A DNA stretch of 32,000 nt from Nitrosococcus oceani ATCC 19707. GTDB lineage: Bacteria; Pseudomonadota; Gammaproteobacteria; Nitrosococcales; Nitrosococcaceae. The position numbers and the translations under genes were made by a program. The stretch spans positions 420,001-452,000 of the forward strand of contig NC_007484.1 of NCBI RefSeq assembly GCF_000012805.1, read 5' to 3'. The notes under the pieces are model-generated. The model had not been told where the DNA came from, searched no databases, and saw only the letters and a program-made list of their open reading frames with translations. This document shows positions 8,172-17,808 of the stretch, piece by piece (position 1 is the first letter of the stretch; each line of letters begins with the position of its first letter).

Positions 8172-9293
8172 ATGATCAATGCCTTCAAATACCGTCTTTA
8201 TCCGAATGCCCATCAGGCGCGCGAGCTTGAAACCATGCTCGAAACGCATCGACGCTTGTATAATGAATGCCTGGCTCAGCGAAAAGAGCGTTACGAAATT
8301 GCCCAGAAAAGCGTGAAGTACACGCAGCAATCGGCTTGGTTTAAATCCGAACGGGGTGTAAATGAGTGGTACGCTCGGCTTAATTTCTCGTCTGCTCAAG
8401 CCACCATGCGCCGTTTGGATAAAGCGTTCCAAGCGTTCTTCCGGCGCATTAAGGCCGGTGAAAAGCCCGGTTATCCACGCTTCAAGGCCCGTGGCCGATT
8501 CGATAGTTGGACGTATCCGGCGCACGGTGACGGCGCCCGGCTGCTTGATGGTCAACTGCGCCTTCAGCATGTGGGCCTGGTCAAAGTACGCCAGCATCGT
8601 CCTGTAGAAGGGGCGGTCAAAACCGTGCAAGTCAAAAATGAAGCCGGGAAGTGGTTTGTCATCGCTAGTTGCAATATCGGCGATGGGCCAGCCCCCCGCG
8701 CCGAGGATACCTCGGTGGGCCTGGATGTTGGGTTGGCATATTTTCTGTCCACCGATCAAGGCGAGCACGTCGATAATCCGCGTTACCAAAAAGAAGCGTT
8801 GCGCCAGTTGAGGATTGCTGGGCGCGCGGTTTCGCGTAAGAGAAAGGGTGGCCGGAACCGAGCTAAAGCGGTTGCCAGATTGCGCGCGATACATGCGCGC
8901 GTAGCCAACAAAAGACGGGACTACCACCACAAGGTGGCCCGCGATTTGGTGAGTCGATACGCCTTCATCGCGGCGGAGAGCCTGACCGTGAGCAACATGG
9001 TCAGGAACCGCCGGTTGAGTCGGTCGATTTCGGATGCTGGCTGGCGCCAGTTTCTGAACATACTCCGCGCCAAGGCTGAAAGCGCCGGGTCGGTGTGGGT
9101 TGAAGTGCCTCCGCAGGGCACCTCGCAAGCGTGCTCTGGGTGCGACACACTTGTGCGAAAGTCGCTTTCCGTGCGGCAGCACCACTGCCCCGAATGCGGC
9201 TTGCGCCTGCAAAGAGATGTCAACGCTGCTAGGAATATCCTGGCGCGTGGCCAGGCTCGGATGGAGCCTGTGCGGCTTAACGTGGCGCAGTAG
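8172..9293 (+). CDS. tnpB: IS605 OrfB-type RNA-guided endonuclease TnpB
   Basis: ORF track, 373 aa. N-terminal 'FKYRLYPN..Q...L', a RuvC-like region and the zinc finger 'CSGCDTLV...HHCPECGLRLQRDVNAARNI'. Confidence 0.85.
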   Translation: MINAFKYRLYPNAHQARELETMLETHRRLYNECLAQRKERYEIAQKSVKYTQQSAWFKSERGVNEWYARLNFSSAQATMRRLDKAFQAFFRRIKAGEKPGYPRFKARGRFDSWTYPAHGDGARLLDGQLRLQHVGLVKVRQHRPVEGAVKTVQVKNEAGKWFVIASCNIGDGPAPRAEDTSVGLDVGLAYFLSTDQGEHVDNPRYQKEALRQLRIAGRAVSRKRKGGRNRAKAVARLRAIHARVANKRRDYHHKVARDLVSRYAFIAAESLTVSNMVRNRRLSRSISDAGWRQFLNILRAKAESAGSVWVEVPPQGTSQACSGCDTLVRKSLSVRQHHCPECGLRLQRDVNAARNILARGQARMEPVRLNVAQ

Positions 9294-9380
9294 CGCGTGC
9301 GTGCCGCAAGAAGCCGTCTGCTTTAGCTGACGGTTCATCACGTATTTCTCCTTGCTAGACAAGCCTGAATTCTTATTGAA

Positions 9381-10601
9381 CTAACCTCGTTCAGTGTGAA
9401 CGGCTTGCTTTATGGCTTTTATTCGCTGTTGCTGGAGTTGCTCTGCAATCGCCTCTCCTCGCAAACCGGCCGCCACCAGAGGACGGGCTGTTACCGCAGC
9501 CGCCGCGCGAAAGGCTAATCGAAGCTGGTTAGCCTGGGGATAGGGCCGGTTTTCTAGTCCAGACCGGCCCCGGGCATCCGCTTCACAGGCCAGCAAAAAC
9601 TGTTCGAATCGGGAAGGCCGCCGGAAGGCGTCGACTCTATTGAGCAGTTTAAGGATTGTACCAGGACGCAATTCCTGGGCTTGGTGAACCAGATTATGGT
9701 AACGGGCCACCTGGACCGCGAGGGCTTGATAGGCCTTAGGGACTCGCAAGCGTTGGCACAGAGTAAGGACCAGCGCGACCCCTCGCTCTCCATGGCCGTA
9801 GTGATGGGGCCATTCATGGGAGGGCGTTTGTCCCTTGCCCAGGTCGTGGGTTAAAGCAGCGAAACGGACTTGGGTATCCGAACTCAAGTGAGCGGCTATC
9901 TCTAACACTTTCAGCGTGTGGATGCCGGTGTCGATTTCCGGGTGATAGCGCCGGGGTTGGGGGACGCCGAATAGACATTCAATTTCAGGGAAAATCCGCG
10001 CCAGAGCTCCACAAGCTCTGAGAATCTCAAAAAAACGTCGGGGATAGGATTCACCGAGGGCCCGTTCTAATTCCCTCCACACCCTTTCGGGCACTAAGTG
10101 ATCAGCCTCGCCAGCGGTCACCATTGCTTCCATGAGGGCCAAGGTTTCGGGGGCCACCTTAAAATTAAAACGGGCGGCAAAGCGGGCCGCCCGGAGGATA
10201 CGAACCGGATCTTCTGCAAAAGCCGGCGAGACATGACGCAAAATCCCCCGCGCTAAATCTTGTTGCCCTCCAAAGGGATCTAAAAGGCTGCCGTCGGCAG
10301 CCTCGGCAATGGCATTTATTGTTAGATCCCGGCGTTGCAGATCTTCCTCTAGGGTAACATCAGGGGCGGCATCCACCTCGAAGCCCTTATAGCCCGGCCC
10401 GGTCTTGCGTTCGGTCCGGGCCAGAGCGTATTCCTCTTGGGTTTGGGGGTGAAGGAATACTGGAAAATCTTTTCCTACCGGACGGTAGCCCTGGGCGAGC
10501 AGGTTAGCTGGGGTGGTTCCCACGACCACATAGTCCCGCTCCTTGACGGGACGTCCTAGGAGCTTGTCACGAACGGCGCCGCCCACCAGATAAACTTCCA
10601 T
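9381..10601 (-). CDS. cca: Multifunctional CCA-adding tRNA nucleotidyltransferase with HD phosphohydrolase domain
   Basis: ORF track, 406 aa; '[16 protein letters not shown]', 'RRDLTINA' and HD domain 'ALTHDLGK'. Confidence 0.9.
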   Translation of the reverse strand: MEVYLVGGAVRDKLLGRPVKERDYVVVGTTPANLLAQGYRPVGKDFPVFLHPQTQEEYALARTERKTGPGYKGFEVDAAPDVTLEEDLQRRDLTINAIAEAADGSLLDPFGGQQDLARGILRHVSPAFAEDPVRILRAARFAARFNFKVAPETLALMEAMVTAGEADHLVPERVWRELERALGESYPRRFFEILRACGALARIFPEIECLFGVPQPRRYHPEIDTGIHTLKVLEIAAHLSSDTQVRFAALTHDLGKGQTPSHEWPHHYGHGERGVALVLTLCQRLRVPKAYQALAVQVARYHNLVHQAQELRPGTILKLLNRVDAFRRPSRFEQFLLACEADARGRSGLENRPYPQANQLRLAFRAAAAVTARPLVAAGLRGEAIAEQLQQQRIKAIKQAVHTERG

Positions 10602-10927
10602 AGAGGTGACCTTCTAGGCCCGAACTAGCTTTTGGAGTTTCGCCATGACTGATTTTAGTTTTGTTCCTACAAAACCTCATCAGCCTGGAGAATTCGCGCT
10701 TCAATGGGTGCCCTTAGCTGGCCACGACTTAGCGCGCAAGGCTAAGAGTTTGGTATCACCCTCCACGCGCATCACTTCTCCTCCTCCCGAAGATAGGTCG
10801 CGCTTGTGGCAACGGGAAAATCATAGCGCGACTTCATGGCAAAAGGCAAGTAACCTGGCCCTCGCGCTCGATGCGCCGTTTCACTTCGGACTCTCGCTAG
10901 GGGGTCGTCATACATCCCTGTATTCCT

Positions 10928-11890
10928 TCAACGCTGGGCATGCCGCCGTAGCTCAAGATACTGGGATCTTTGGCTAACTTGGCCTAGGTACCCAGGGACG
11001 ATGGCATCAATAGCCGTGGGCTCGATCCCCAGCTCATGCAGTCCATTTCGGTGGCAAATACTGGGTACCTGTAAGGAGGCATAATTATCCTTGGAAAAAG
11101 GCTTTCCTGGCACATACTCAAAGATGCTGGCCTGAATACGGCTAAGTTTATCGGAAAGCCCGATGACTCGCCGTTTGAGTTCCAGCACCTTAGCCGTATA
11201 TTCAACCAGTTGTTTGAGAGTGTAAATTTTGGGGCCGCACAATTCATAGCTCTGGCTAAAATCTTCTTTATCCGAGAGGGCGCGGGCAAAGGCTCGTGCT
11301 ACATCTCCCACGTAGACGGGAGTAAGGCGAGCCTCTGGACAGGCTAAGGGAAAGATAAAGGGTGAAAGTTTGAGCAAGCTACCGAAACGGTTAAAAAAGC
11401 TGTCCCCGGGGCCAAAAATAACAGAAGGTTGGAAGATCGTCACTTCAAGCCCCTGCCTCGCTAAGGCTAGAACGCGGTTTTCCCCTTCCCCTTTGCTACG
11501 CAGATAATAACTAGCGCCCTGGTTAGCGTCGGCATTGAGCGCGCTCATGTGCAGCAACCGCTTGATGCCCGTATCTAGACAAATCTGGGCCACTTTTTCC
11601 GGGAGATCTGCGTGAACCTGGCGAAAGCCATGGCCGTTACGTCCTTTTTCATTGAGGATGCCAATCAAGTTAATGACGCTCTGGCAGCCATTAAATTGAG
11701 CCGCAAGTTGGGCCGGATCGTAAACGTCGGTTTCCATAAGCCGCAAGCCCGGCAGGACGAGTAGATCACGGTGCCGCTGCCAGTGCCGGGTAAGTACCCG
11801 CACCTTATAGCCCTGCTCCACCAAGTGGGAGCTTAGCCACCGGCCCACGAAACCTGTGCCTCCCAGGATGCAGACGGTCTGTATGTTCAT
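10928..11890 (-). CDS. NAD(P)-binding atypical SDR (NDUFA9-like / NAD-dependent epimerase-dehydratase family)
   Basis: ORF track, 320 aa; N-terminal Rossmann motif 'ILGGTGFVGRWL'. Confidence 0.8.
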   Translation of the reverse strand: MNIQTVCILGGTGFVGRWLSSHLVEQGYKVRVLTRHWQRHRDLLVLPGLRLMETDVYDPAQLAAQFNGCQSVINLIGILNEKGRNGHGFRQVHADLPEKVAQICLDTGIKRLLHMSALNADANQGASYYLRSKGEGENRVLALARQGLEVTIFQPSVIFGPGDSFFNRFGSLLKLSPFIFPLACPEARLTPVYVGDVARAFARALSDKEDFSQSYELCGPKIYTLKQLVEYTAKVLELKRRVIGLSDKLSRIQASIFEYVPGKPFSKDNYASLQVPSICHRNGLHELGIEPTAIDAIVPGYLGQVSQRSQYLELRRHAQR

Positions 11891-12094
11891 CAGTATAGTT
11901 GTGCTCCGTTACGCTGAGTTCAAGATTAAAGTCAGGATGGGCTCAATTATAACGCCATTACTTTATATCATCTAAAGATTACCCTGCTATTCAGTATGTT
12001 GCGACCATGAACCCTATTTCCTTTCAGCCAGGCGGCGGTCTAGCCTTCTATACTGATAAATTGGATTGATTTTTCGCCCTAAGGAGAACTCAGT

Positions 12095-13459
12095 ATGGCT
12101 TTTGAATCCGTTAATCCCGCCACCGGCCAATCCCTCAAAACCTTTGATGCTTGGGATCAGAATGCCATTGATGGCGTCCTTCAGCAGGTCCAAGAGGCGA
12201 GTCCCCTCTGGGCTGCTCGCGATCTTTCGGAGCGTTGCCGTTTATTACGGGCGGCAGCCCAGCAGTTGCGAGAGCGCAAGGAGGACTTGGCCCGCCTTAT
12301 TACCCTGGAGATGGGCAAGCTGCTCGGCGAGGCCCGGGCAGAGATCGAAAAATGCGCCTGGGTCTGTGAGTATTACGAGGAGCATGCCCCCCGCTTTCTC
12401 GCCGATGAAGTGATCGAAAGCGATGCCCGCCGCAGCTATGTTGCGCTCCAGCCGTTAGGTACTGTATTGGCGATTATGCCCTGGAATTTTCCTTTTTGGC
12501 AGGTCTTTCGTTTTTGCGCGCCTGCTCTAGTGGCTGGAAATACGGCGGTGCTGAAACATGCTGCTAATGTTCCCCAGTGTGGGCTTGCCATTGAGCAGAC
12601 CTTACTTGAGGCGGGTTTTCCCCCAGGGGTGTTTCGTACCTTACTGGTGAGTTCATCCCAGACGGCAAAGGTAATTGCTGATCCGAGAGTCCAGGGTGTA
12701 ACCCTCACAGGTAGCGAGGCAGCCGGGCGTAAAGTGGCCGAGTGCGCCGGCCGGCATTTGAAAAAAACAGTACTGGAGCTGGGAGGCGCAGATCCTTTTA
12801 TTGTGCTGGCTGATGCCGATCTAGAGCAGGCGGTTCCCGTAGCGGTGCAATCCCGTTTTATCAATGGAGGGCAAAGCTGCATTGCCGCTAAACGCTTTAT
12901 CGTTATGGAGGAAATAGCGGATGAGTTTATTGCCCGCTTTCAAGCTGATTTAGAAGCACTGCAGCCTGGTGATCCGCTGGATGAACAGACTACCCTGGCG
13001 CCATTGGCCCGATTGGATCTGCGGGCGGGGCTTCATCAGCAGGTGACGGCGAGCATTCAGCAGGGAGCAGTGGCGGTTGCCGGATGCCAGCCATTGCCAG
13101 GGACGGGAACCTACTATGCCCCTTCTATCCTAGACCGGGTTCAGCCAGGCATGCCAGCCTTTGATGAGGAACTTTTCGGCCCCGTGGCCGCCATTATTCG
13201 CGTAGCGAACGAAGCAGAAGCGGTGGCGATGGCCAATGCTTCCCGTTACGGCCTTGGAGGCAGTGTCTGGAGCCAAAATACTTCCCGGGCTGAGCGCCTG
13301 GCCCTGGAGCTGCGATGCGGAGCGGCTTTCGTCAACGGGCTGGTAAAAAGCGATCCTCGCTTGCCCTTTGGCGGGATCAAGTGTTCCGGTTATGGACGGG
13401 AACTGTCTTGGCATGGGATGCGGGAGTTTACTAACCAGAAGACCCTATGGATCAAGTGA
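12095..13459 (+). CDS. NAD(P)-dependent aldehyde dehydrogenase, succinate-semialdehyde dehydrogenase-like
   Basis: ORF track, 454 aa. ALDH catalytic contexts are 'VLELGGADP' (Glu) and 'NGGQSCIAAKR' (Cys). The C-terminus 'GGIKCSGYGRE' also fits. Confidence 0.85.
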   Translation: MAFESVNPATGQSLKTFDAWDQNAIDGVLQQVQEASPLWAARDLSERCRLLRAAAQQLRERKEDLARLITLEMGKLLGEARAEIEKCAWVCEYYEEHAPRFLADEVIESDARRSYVALQPLGTVLAIMPWNFPFWQVFRFCAPALVAGNTAVLKHAANVPQCGLAIEQTLLEAGFPPGVFRTLLVSSSQTAKVIADPRVQGVTLTGSEAAGRKVAECAGRHLKKTVLELGGADPFIVLADADLEQAVPVAVQSRFINGGQSCIAAKRFIVMEEIADEFIARFQADLEALQPGDPLDEQTTLAPLARLDLRAGLHQQVTASIQQGAVAVAGCQPLPGTGTYYAPSILDRVQPGMPAFDEELFGPVAAIIRVANEAEAVAMANASRYGLGGSVWSQNTSRAERLALELRCGAAFVNGLVKSDPRLPFGGIKCSGYGRELSWHGMREFTNQKTLWIK

Positions 13460-13620
13460 TGGGAAGGGAAAACCATTTTTTCTATTAAAATTTTTAGAAC
13501 GGGCTCACGTTTTATATCTCAAGCCTGGAGTCGCCGGTCCGATAGTAAACCTTGAGAATTTAATTTAAAAATTTCTGTCACTGGTCTCTCTACCCATGAG
13601 AAAAGGAAGGATGCAAGTTT

Positions 13621-14676
13621 ATGGCTTTACATACCGCCTTAGTTGTTGATGACTCCAAGGTTGCCCGGCTCGCCATGTCCAAATTACTCAAAAGCCGCGA
13701 TTTTGATGTGGATGATGCCGCCTCTGGCGAGGAGGCTTTGGAATACTTGGAACATCATCGGCCTGATATCGTTTTTATGGATGTCATGATGCCTGGTATG
13801 GGTGGGTTGGAAGCAACTCGTACTATTTTGTCGCGGGAAGCCACGCGTTCATTGCCCGTTGTTATGTGTACTGGGAAGGAAGGAGCGGCAGATCGAAGCG
13901 CTGCCCTAGAAATCGGTGCAAGAGATGTACTGGCAAAACCGACAGGGGAAGAAAACCTGGACCGGGTGCTTAAGGAGATGATAGCCGAAGCTAACCCAGA
14001 AACCACAATCAGCGCTAGTGGGGTGCTTGATACCTCTATTCAAGAGAAGGCGTCTGCGATGATGGAAACTGATGCTGAGAGAAGCGCCGCTACGCTGGCT
14101 ACGCAAGAGGTTGTGGAACAGGCTGTCGCTGAAGCTTCCGCAGCTGCACAAACAATGGCAGAGCGTATTGCGCGGGAAACGGCGGATCAAGTAAGCCGTC
14201 AACTCATTGAAGAATTGGTTACCGAGTTGGCCGAACGGATTGCAAGGGAAACCGCCGAAGCTGTTTCCCAGGGTATCGCTGATAGAGTGCTAGAGGTTGC
14301 GCAGGAACGGACCGAGAAAAAAGCCCTGGCGATTACTGAGACAGCTACTTTGAAGGCTAACCAGGAAATGGCAAGTAAGGCTGAAGAGACAATCAAAACC
14401 ATGCGTTCCGTCAGCGCCCAGACTGTAGCGGCTTTCCTGGAACAGCAGCAGGCTCAATTCCATGCATCCTTGCAAATGACCGTTGAACAAGGCGTAGCCG
14501 CCGCCGCCGAAAAACAAATGGCTGCCCATTTCTCTCATTATATGCAAGCACAGGGCCGGGCCGCGATCCAAGGGATCATGGATGAGATAATACAGGAGGA
14601 AGATGCCGCATACGCCGCAGAGCAAGCTCAGAAAGCTCGATCAGGTTTTTGGAAATGGCCCTGGGGAAGAGCCTAG
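13621..14676 (+). CDS. Response regulator: CheY-like receiver with a long Ala/Glu-rich coiled-coil C-terminal extension
   Basis: ORF track, 351 aa; receiver motifs 'LVVDDSKVAR', 'DIVFMDVMMPGMGG', 'DVLAKP'. The C-terminal part contains the internal repeat 'AERIARETA(D/E).VS'. Confidence 0.8.
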   Translation: MALHTALVVDDSKVARLAMSKLLKSRDFDVDDAASGEEALEYLEHHRPDIVFMDVMMPGMGGLEATRTILSREATRSLPVVMCTGKEGAADRSAALEIGARDVLAKPTGEENLDRVLKEMIAEANPETTISASGVLDTSIQEKASAMMETDAERSAATLATQEVVEQAVAEASAAAQTMAERIARETADQVSRQLIEELVTELAERIARETAEAVSQGIADRVLEVAQERTEKKALAITETATLKANQEMASKAEETIKTMRSVSAQTVAAFLEQQQAQFHASLQMTVEQGVAAAAEKQMAAHFSHYMQAQGRAAIQGIMDEIIQEEDAAYAAEQAQKARSGFWKWPWGRA

Positions 14677-14782
14677 GCTACGGGGACATTAGGAAGAGCA
14701 CTGCCATTTGATTTACCGATAAAAAAGCGTTCGGATGGGTAATAGAAGATCTGTCCGGACGTTTTCCATGGTAGAAAAAAAA

Positions 14783-14805
14783 GGCTCCAGACTGGAGCCT
14801 TTTAA
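14783..14805 (+). terminator. Rho-independent terminator candidate downstream of the response regulator
   Basis: GGCTCC-agact-GGAGCC hairpin followed by TTTTAA and preceded by an A-run, so it could act in both directions. Confidence 0.55.
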
Positions 14806-15123
14806 TAGGTCTTGAACCTCTCTCTCTACATTATTATTTTTATAAATAGTAATCTTAAATGCTTTGCCAATACTATGGTTAGGCTAGAGTTTAGGCTTTT
14901 TTGGGAGAGGAAAAAGCTAGCTGGAAGGGAGTGAACTGCAAGAGTGTGAGAATTCATGCCTTTCCCCGCCGATTGCTAGAGAAAAGAAGCGAAATCTCAG
15001 TTATTAGGATAAGGTTTACCACTACTGGATCATCCGTTAGCTGACTTGGCGTATAATATAAGCAGTCATTTCATAGAATGCAACCCCTAAATTAAATTTA
15101 GGACCATTTTTTAATAGATAAGT

Positions 15124-15981
15124 TTGGTTGTGACGCTTAATTTTTCAATAGCCGAGGCAATTGAATTCGCCGGAAATCGCTTAGTTTCCGGGGATGGCGG
15201 ACGTTTAGAGGCTGAGAGGCTGCTAGCTTACCTGCTCAAGGTAGAACGGAGTTATCTTTATGCTTGGTCCGATAGGCGGTTGACGCCAACCCAATGGGTC
15301 AGCTTCCAACGGCTATTGCAGCGCCGGGCCAAGGGTGAACCTTTGGCTTATATTCGCGGCTGGCAGGAGTTTTGGTCTCTTAACTTGCAAGTCACGGAGG
15401 CCACGTTGATTCCGCGTCCGGAAACGGAACAAGTAGTGGAATTGGCCCTCCAGCGGCTAGATTTAGAGCGGGCGCTTAACGTTGCCGATTTGGGAACGGG
15501 TAGCGGCGCTATCGCGCTTGCCATGGGGAGCGAGCGGCCTCGGGCGCGGGTAATTGCAACCGACGTTTCGGCAGAGACTTTGGAGGTGGCTAGGGAAAAT
15601 GGGCGGCGCCTTGGGCTATGCAATGTAACCTTCCGGTTAGGCGATTGGTTCGTCCCGTTAGTGGGGGAACGCTTCCACCTCATTGCCAGCAACCCTCCCT
15701 ATATTGCCGAAGGGGACCCTCATCTAACCCAGAATGGTTTAGCCTTTGAGCCTGATATCGCCTTGATCGCAAAAGATAAAGGTTTAGGGGCGGCACGCCA
15801 TATTGCCATGACTGCCCGAGAGCACCTCCTTGATGGAGGGTGGTTATTGCTGGAGCATGGCTATGAGCAGGGACCGTCCCTGTTAGCCCTATTTACCCAG
15901 TTAGGCTACCAGCAAGTAGCTGATTTTTGTGATTTGGCCGGTTTGCCCCGCGTGGTGGCTGGGCAGTGGCGGGCTTGCTAA
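15124..15981 (+). CDS. prmC: Release-factor glutamine N5-methyltransferase PrmC (HemK)
   Basis: ORF track, 285 aa; SAM motif 'DLGTGSGAIA' and catalytic 'NPPY' ('IASNPPYI'). The exact start is uncertain (TTG 15124 or GTG 15130). Confidence 0.9.
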   Translation: MVVTLNFSIAEAIEFAGNRLVSGDGGRLEAERLLAYLLKVERSYLYAWSDRRLTPTQWVSFQRLLQRRAKGEPLAYIRGWQEFWSLNLQVTEATLIPRPETEQVVELALQRLDLERALNVADLGTGSGAIALAMGSERPRARVIATDVSAETLEVARENGRRLGLCNVTFRLGDWFVPLVGERFHLIASNPPYIAEGDPHLTQNGLAFEPDIALIAKDKGLGAARHIAMTAREHLLDGGWLLLEHGYEQGPSLLALFTQLGYQQVADFCDLAGLPRVVAGQWRAC

Positions 15982-16046
15982 GCTTAAGGAAAATATCGCC
16001 CGTCTGGGTAGTTTCGATTTGATCCCTAGTTTAACAAAGGACACCC

Positions 16047-17045
16047 ATGGACCCTCTTTCTGCCAGGGGCGAAATTCCGCCCTCCCTCTCTTCCCCCGAA
16101 ATTCCCCGTCTACGCCTTGCCATAAGCAGTTGCTTGTTGGGAGAGAGAGTTCGCTTTGATGGTGGCCATAAGCGGGATACCTACATCACCGAAGCGCTGA
16201 ATGCCTACTTTGACTTTGTTCCCGTTTGCCCGGAGGTGGCGATTGGCATGGGAACGCCACGGGAACCCATTCGGATAGTCAAAACCAGCCAGGGGCTACG
16301 GGCCAGGGGCGTCCGGCATTCGGAGCTGGATGTTACCGACCCCTTGCGCCAGTTTGGGGAAGTCATGGCCGAAGAACTGGGAGATATTGACGGCTATATA
16401 TTAAAAAAAGACTCCCCCAGCTGCGGGATGGAACGGGTGCGCGTTCACGGCACCGGCGGCGCCCCCTCCCGGACGGGCACCGGCCTCTATGCCCAGGTTT
16501 TCATGGCGCGGCGGCCGTGGCTGCCGGTAGAAGAGGAGGGGCGTTTGAACGATCCGGTGCTGCGGGAGAACTTCTTTGAGCGGGTTTTCGTGCATTATCG
16601 TTGGCGGCAAATAGGGGCGGCGGGGATAACGCCCGCCGCCCTGGTTGAATTCCACAGCCGGCATAAATTTATGGTCATGGCTCATAGTCAGGCAGCATAT
16701 CGGCGTTTGGGACGTTTAGTGGCGAAAGCGGGCAGTGAGTCCCTGGAAACATTAGCGCCGACCTATGAGGCAGAATTAATGAGCGCCTTGAGACGGCGCG
16801 CTACCCGCAAGGGCCATACCAATGTACTGATGCACCTGCTAGGCTTTTTACGCGCCCAGCTAGATAAAGCGGATCGGGCGGAACTACTCGAGTCCATGGA
16901 AAGCTACCGCTTGGGTTTAGTGCCTTTAATTGTGCCAATGACGTTGCTCAAGCATCACTTCCGCCGTCACCCCAACCCCTACGTCAACCAACAATATTAT
17001 TTGAACCCCCATCCTCCCGAGTTGATGCTGCGGAATTTGATTTAA
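16047..17045 (+). CDS. DUF523 (TudS-like) + DUF1722 fusion protein, YbgA family
   Basis: ORF track, 332 aa. N-terminal 'SSCLLGERVRFDGGHK' is typical of DUF523. The C-terminal half resembles YbgA/DUF1722. Confidence 0.7.
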   Translation: MDPLSARGEIPPSLSSPEIPRLRLAISSCLLGERVRFDGGHKRDTYITEALNAYFDFVPVCPEVAIGMGTPREPIRIVKTSQGLRARGVRHSELDVTDPLRQFGEVMAEELGDIDGYILKKDSPSCGMERVRVHGTGGAPSRTGTGLYAQVFMARRPWLPVEEEGRLNDPVLRENFFERVFVHYRWRQIGAAGITPAALVEFHSRHKFMVMAHSQAAYRRLGRLVAKAGSESLETLAPTYEAELMSALRRRATRKGHTNVLMHLLGFLRAQLDKADRAELLESMESYRLGLVPLIVPMTLLKHHFRRHPNPYVNQQYYLNPHPPELMLRNLI

Positions 17046-17194
17046 CTCCCCGGTTTCCCTCAACTCACTCTGCTTCTTCTTTCCTTAAGGTTGCTTCTGC
17101 CCTGGATAAAAAATCCACAGGTAGATTCCGTATTGTTATTTTCAACGGGCTGTCATCGGTCATGATGACCGATAAGCCGCCGCGATAGGTTCTT

Positions 17195-17292
17195 TCCCCA
17201 GGACGGTTAAAGTTTGCTGGTAAAGAGACGAAGGATATTTAGTGGATGATTTTCCAAACAATGTGCAGGCGCATTTGCCTGGGAATAAATTG
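17195..17292 (+). pseudogene. Deletion remnant of the 72-aa first-cassette ORF that is intact at 28074..28292
   Basis: 17199..17236 aligns with 28070..28107. 17234..17281 aligns with 28131..28179. 17282..17292 aligns with 28292..28302. The two intervening blocks are missing. Residual peptide similarity: VDDFPNNVQAHLPG versus VDNILTNIQANLPE. Confidence 0.45.
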
Positions 17293-17452
17293 TTCGCGCC
17301 GCTGTGCGGCGCGAATCGGGGAGTTGACTACGCCAAACGGTTGCCTGCGCCGCTTCGCGTCGCGAACAACCGTTCGACTGGCAGAACCTCCTGCATCATC
17401 AGATGCCGTGCGCCTATGTATGCAGGAGAACCCGCCTGTCAACTCCCCGATT
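17293..17452 (+). repeat. Cassette 5' leader element, copy 1 (full)
   Basis: Begins at the TT of 'GTTCGCG'. Contains a 10-bp GC hairpin (TTCGCGCCGC-tgt-GCGGCGCGAA) and 15-bp terminal inverted repeats: AATCGGGGAGTTGAC at 17314..17328 and GTCAACTCCCCGATT at 17438..17452. Two internal hairpins are AACGGTTG/CAACCGTT and CTCCTGCAT/ATGCAGGAG. Ends 17 nt before ATG 17470. Confidence 0.9.
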
Positions 17453-17469
17453 AACTGTCAGGAGACACC

Positions 17470-17808
17470 ATGAAGCATTGGGTATTTGTATTAATCTTTT
17501 TAGTTGCACCATTAGCTCATGCTGACCTAATGGTGTCTTTTATAGACGAATCGAGACTGCCGTACGATTTTTCTCCAAGTAACTACGATAATTCTTCAAG
17601 CAACTATGACAACTCTGTCAGCAACTACGATAACTCACCAAGCAATTACGACAATAGTTTTTCGAATTATGATAATGGTGCCAATGGCGAGAATCGCCTT
17701 TTGATGAAAGAAGGCTCAAAACTCTATCGAGTTGGTTATTACGTCAGAGCAGACAATGGCGTTACAAACTTTTTTCCATATCGGGCAAGCGTGCTTTCTA
17801 CAATCTAA
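17470..17808 (+). CDS. Secreted protein with five tandem heptad repeats (SNYDNSx); apparently frameshifted at a T6 run
   Basis: ORF track, 112 aa. Signal peptide 'MKHWVFVLIFLVAPLAHA' and 21-nt tandem repeats encoding SNYDNS(S/V/P/F). A second frame continues from 17772 to TAA 17931..17933, right at the next attC. Confidence 0.7.
   Translation: MKHWVFVLIFLVAPLAHADLMVSFIDESRLPYDFSPSNYDNSSSNYDNSVSNYDNSPSNYDNSFSNYDNGANGENRLLMKEGSKLYRVGYYVRADNGVTNFFPYRASVLSTI

Larger units (their letters stand above)
7680..9345 (+). mobile_element. IS200/IS605-family element (tnpA + tnpB)
   Basis: Subterminal hairpins share the same loop. Left end: CTGCC-tgctttagct-GGCAG at 7691..7710. Right end: CCGTC-tgctttagct-GACGG at 9314..9333. 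They bracket a Y1 transposase and TnpB. The outer boundaries are approximate. Confidence 0.7.

Noticed and set aside
7668-9362. 564-aa minus-strand ORF, the longest in the track
   Set aside because: It runs antisense across the whole tnpA-tnpB pair, both of which have clear family motifs. Its sequence is low-complexity with no recognisable domain. It is an antisense shadow ORF.
10645-10977. 110-aa + strand ORF between cca and the SDR gene
   Set aside because: It overlaps the 3' end of the SDR gene on the opposite strand. It has Ser/Pro-rich composition with no motif and no RBS. The region is more likely the cca promoter and SDR terminator.
17323-17360. Promoter inside the leader (-35-like TTGACT in the left TIR; TTGACA/TTGACG on the minus strand of the right TIR)
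   Set aside because: No acceptable -10 hexamer lies at 16-18 nt spacing on the + strand in any copy. The minus-strand candidates (TACATA, TAATAG) are weak and not conserved. Promoter activity is left as untested rather than called.
17395-17412. Hammerhead-ribozyme core 'CTGATGA' on the minus strand of leader copy 1
   Set aside because: The motif lies inside a hairpin loop rather than between stems I and II. No properly placed GAAA or cleavage triplet is present. The motif is not conserved in other copies (CTGATTA in copies 2 and 7).
17314-17452. The TIR-bounded element itself as a long (VCR-like) attC site
   Set aside because: The box order is wrong. The outer repeats read ...GTTGAC on the left and GTCAAC... 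on the right, whereas attC needs RYYYAAC on the left and GTTRRRY on the right. Bona fide attC-like sites with stop-codon-overlapping TAAC boxes lie immediately upstream of the element.
17239-17473. ORFs 17242-17454, 17246-17473, 17239-17442(-) and their counterparts 28216-28497, 29891-30130(-), 19866-20168(-), 20555-20767
   Set aside because: They are read-throughs of the repeated leader element in various frames and strands, with no consistent start or stop between copies. Only the short uORF shows any consistency, and it is reported separately as speculative.
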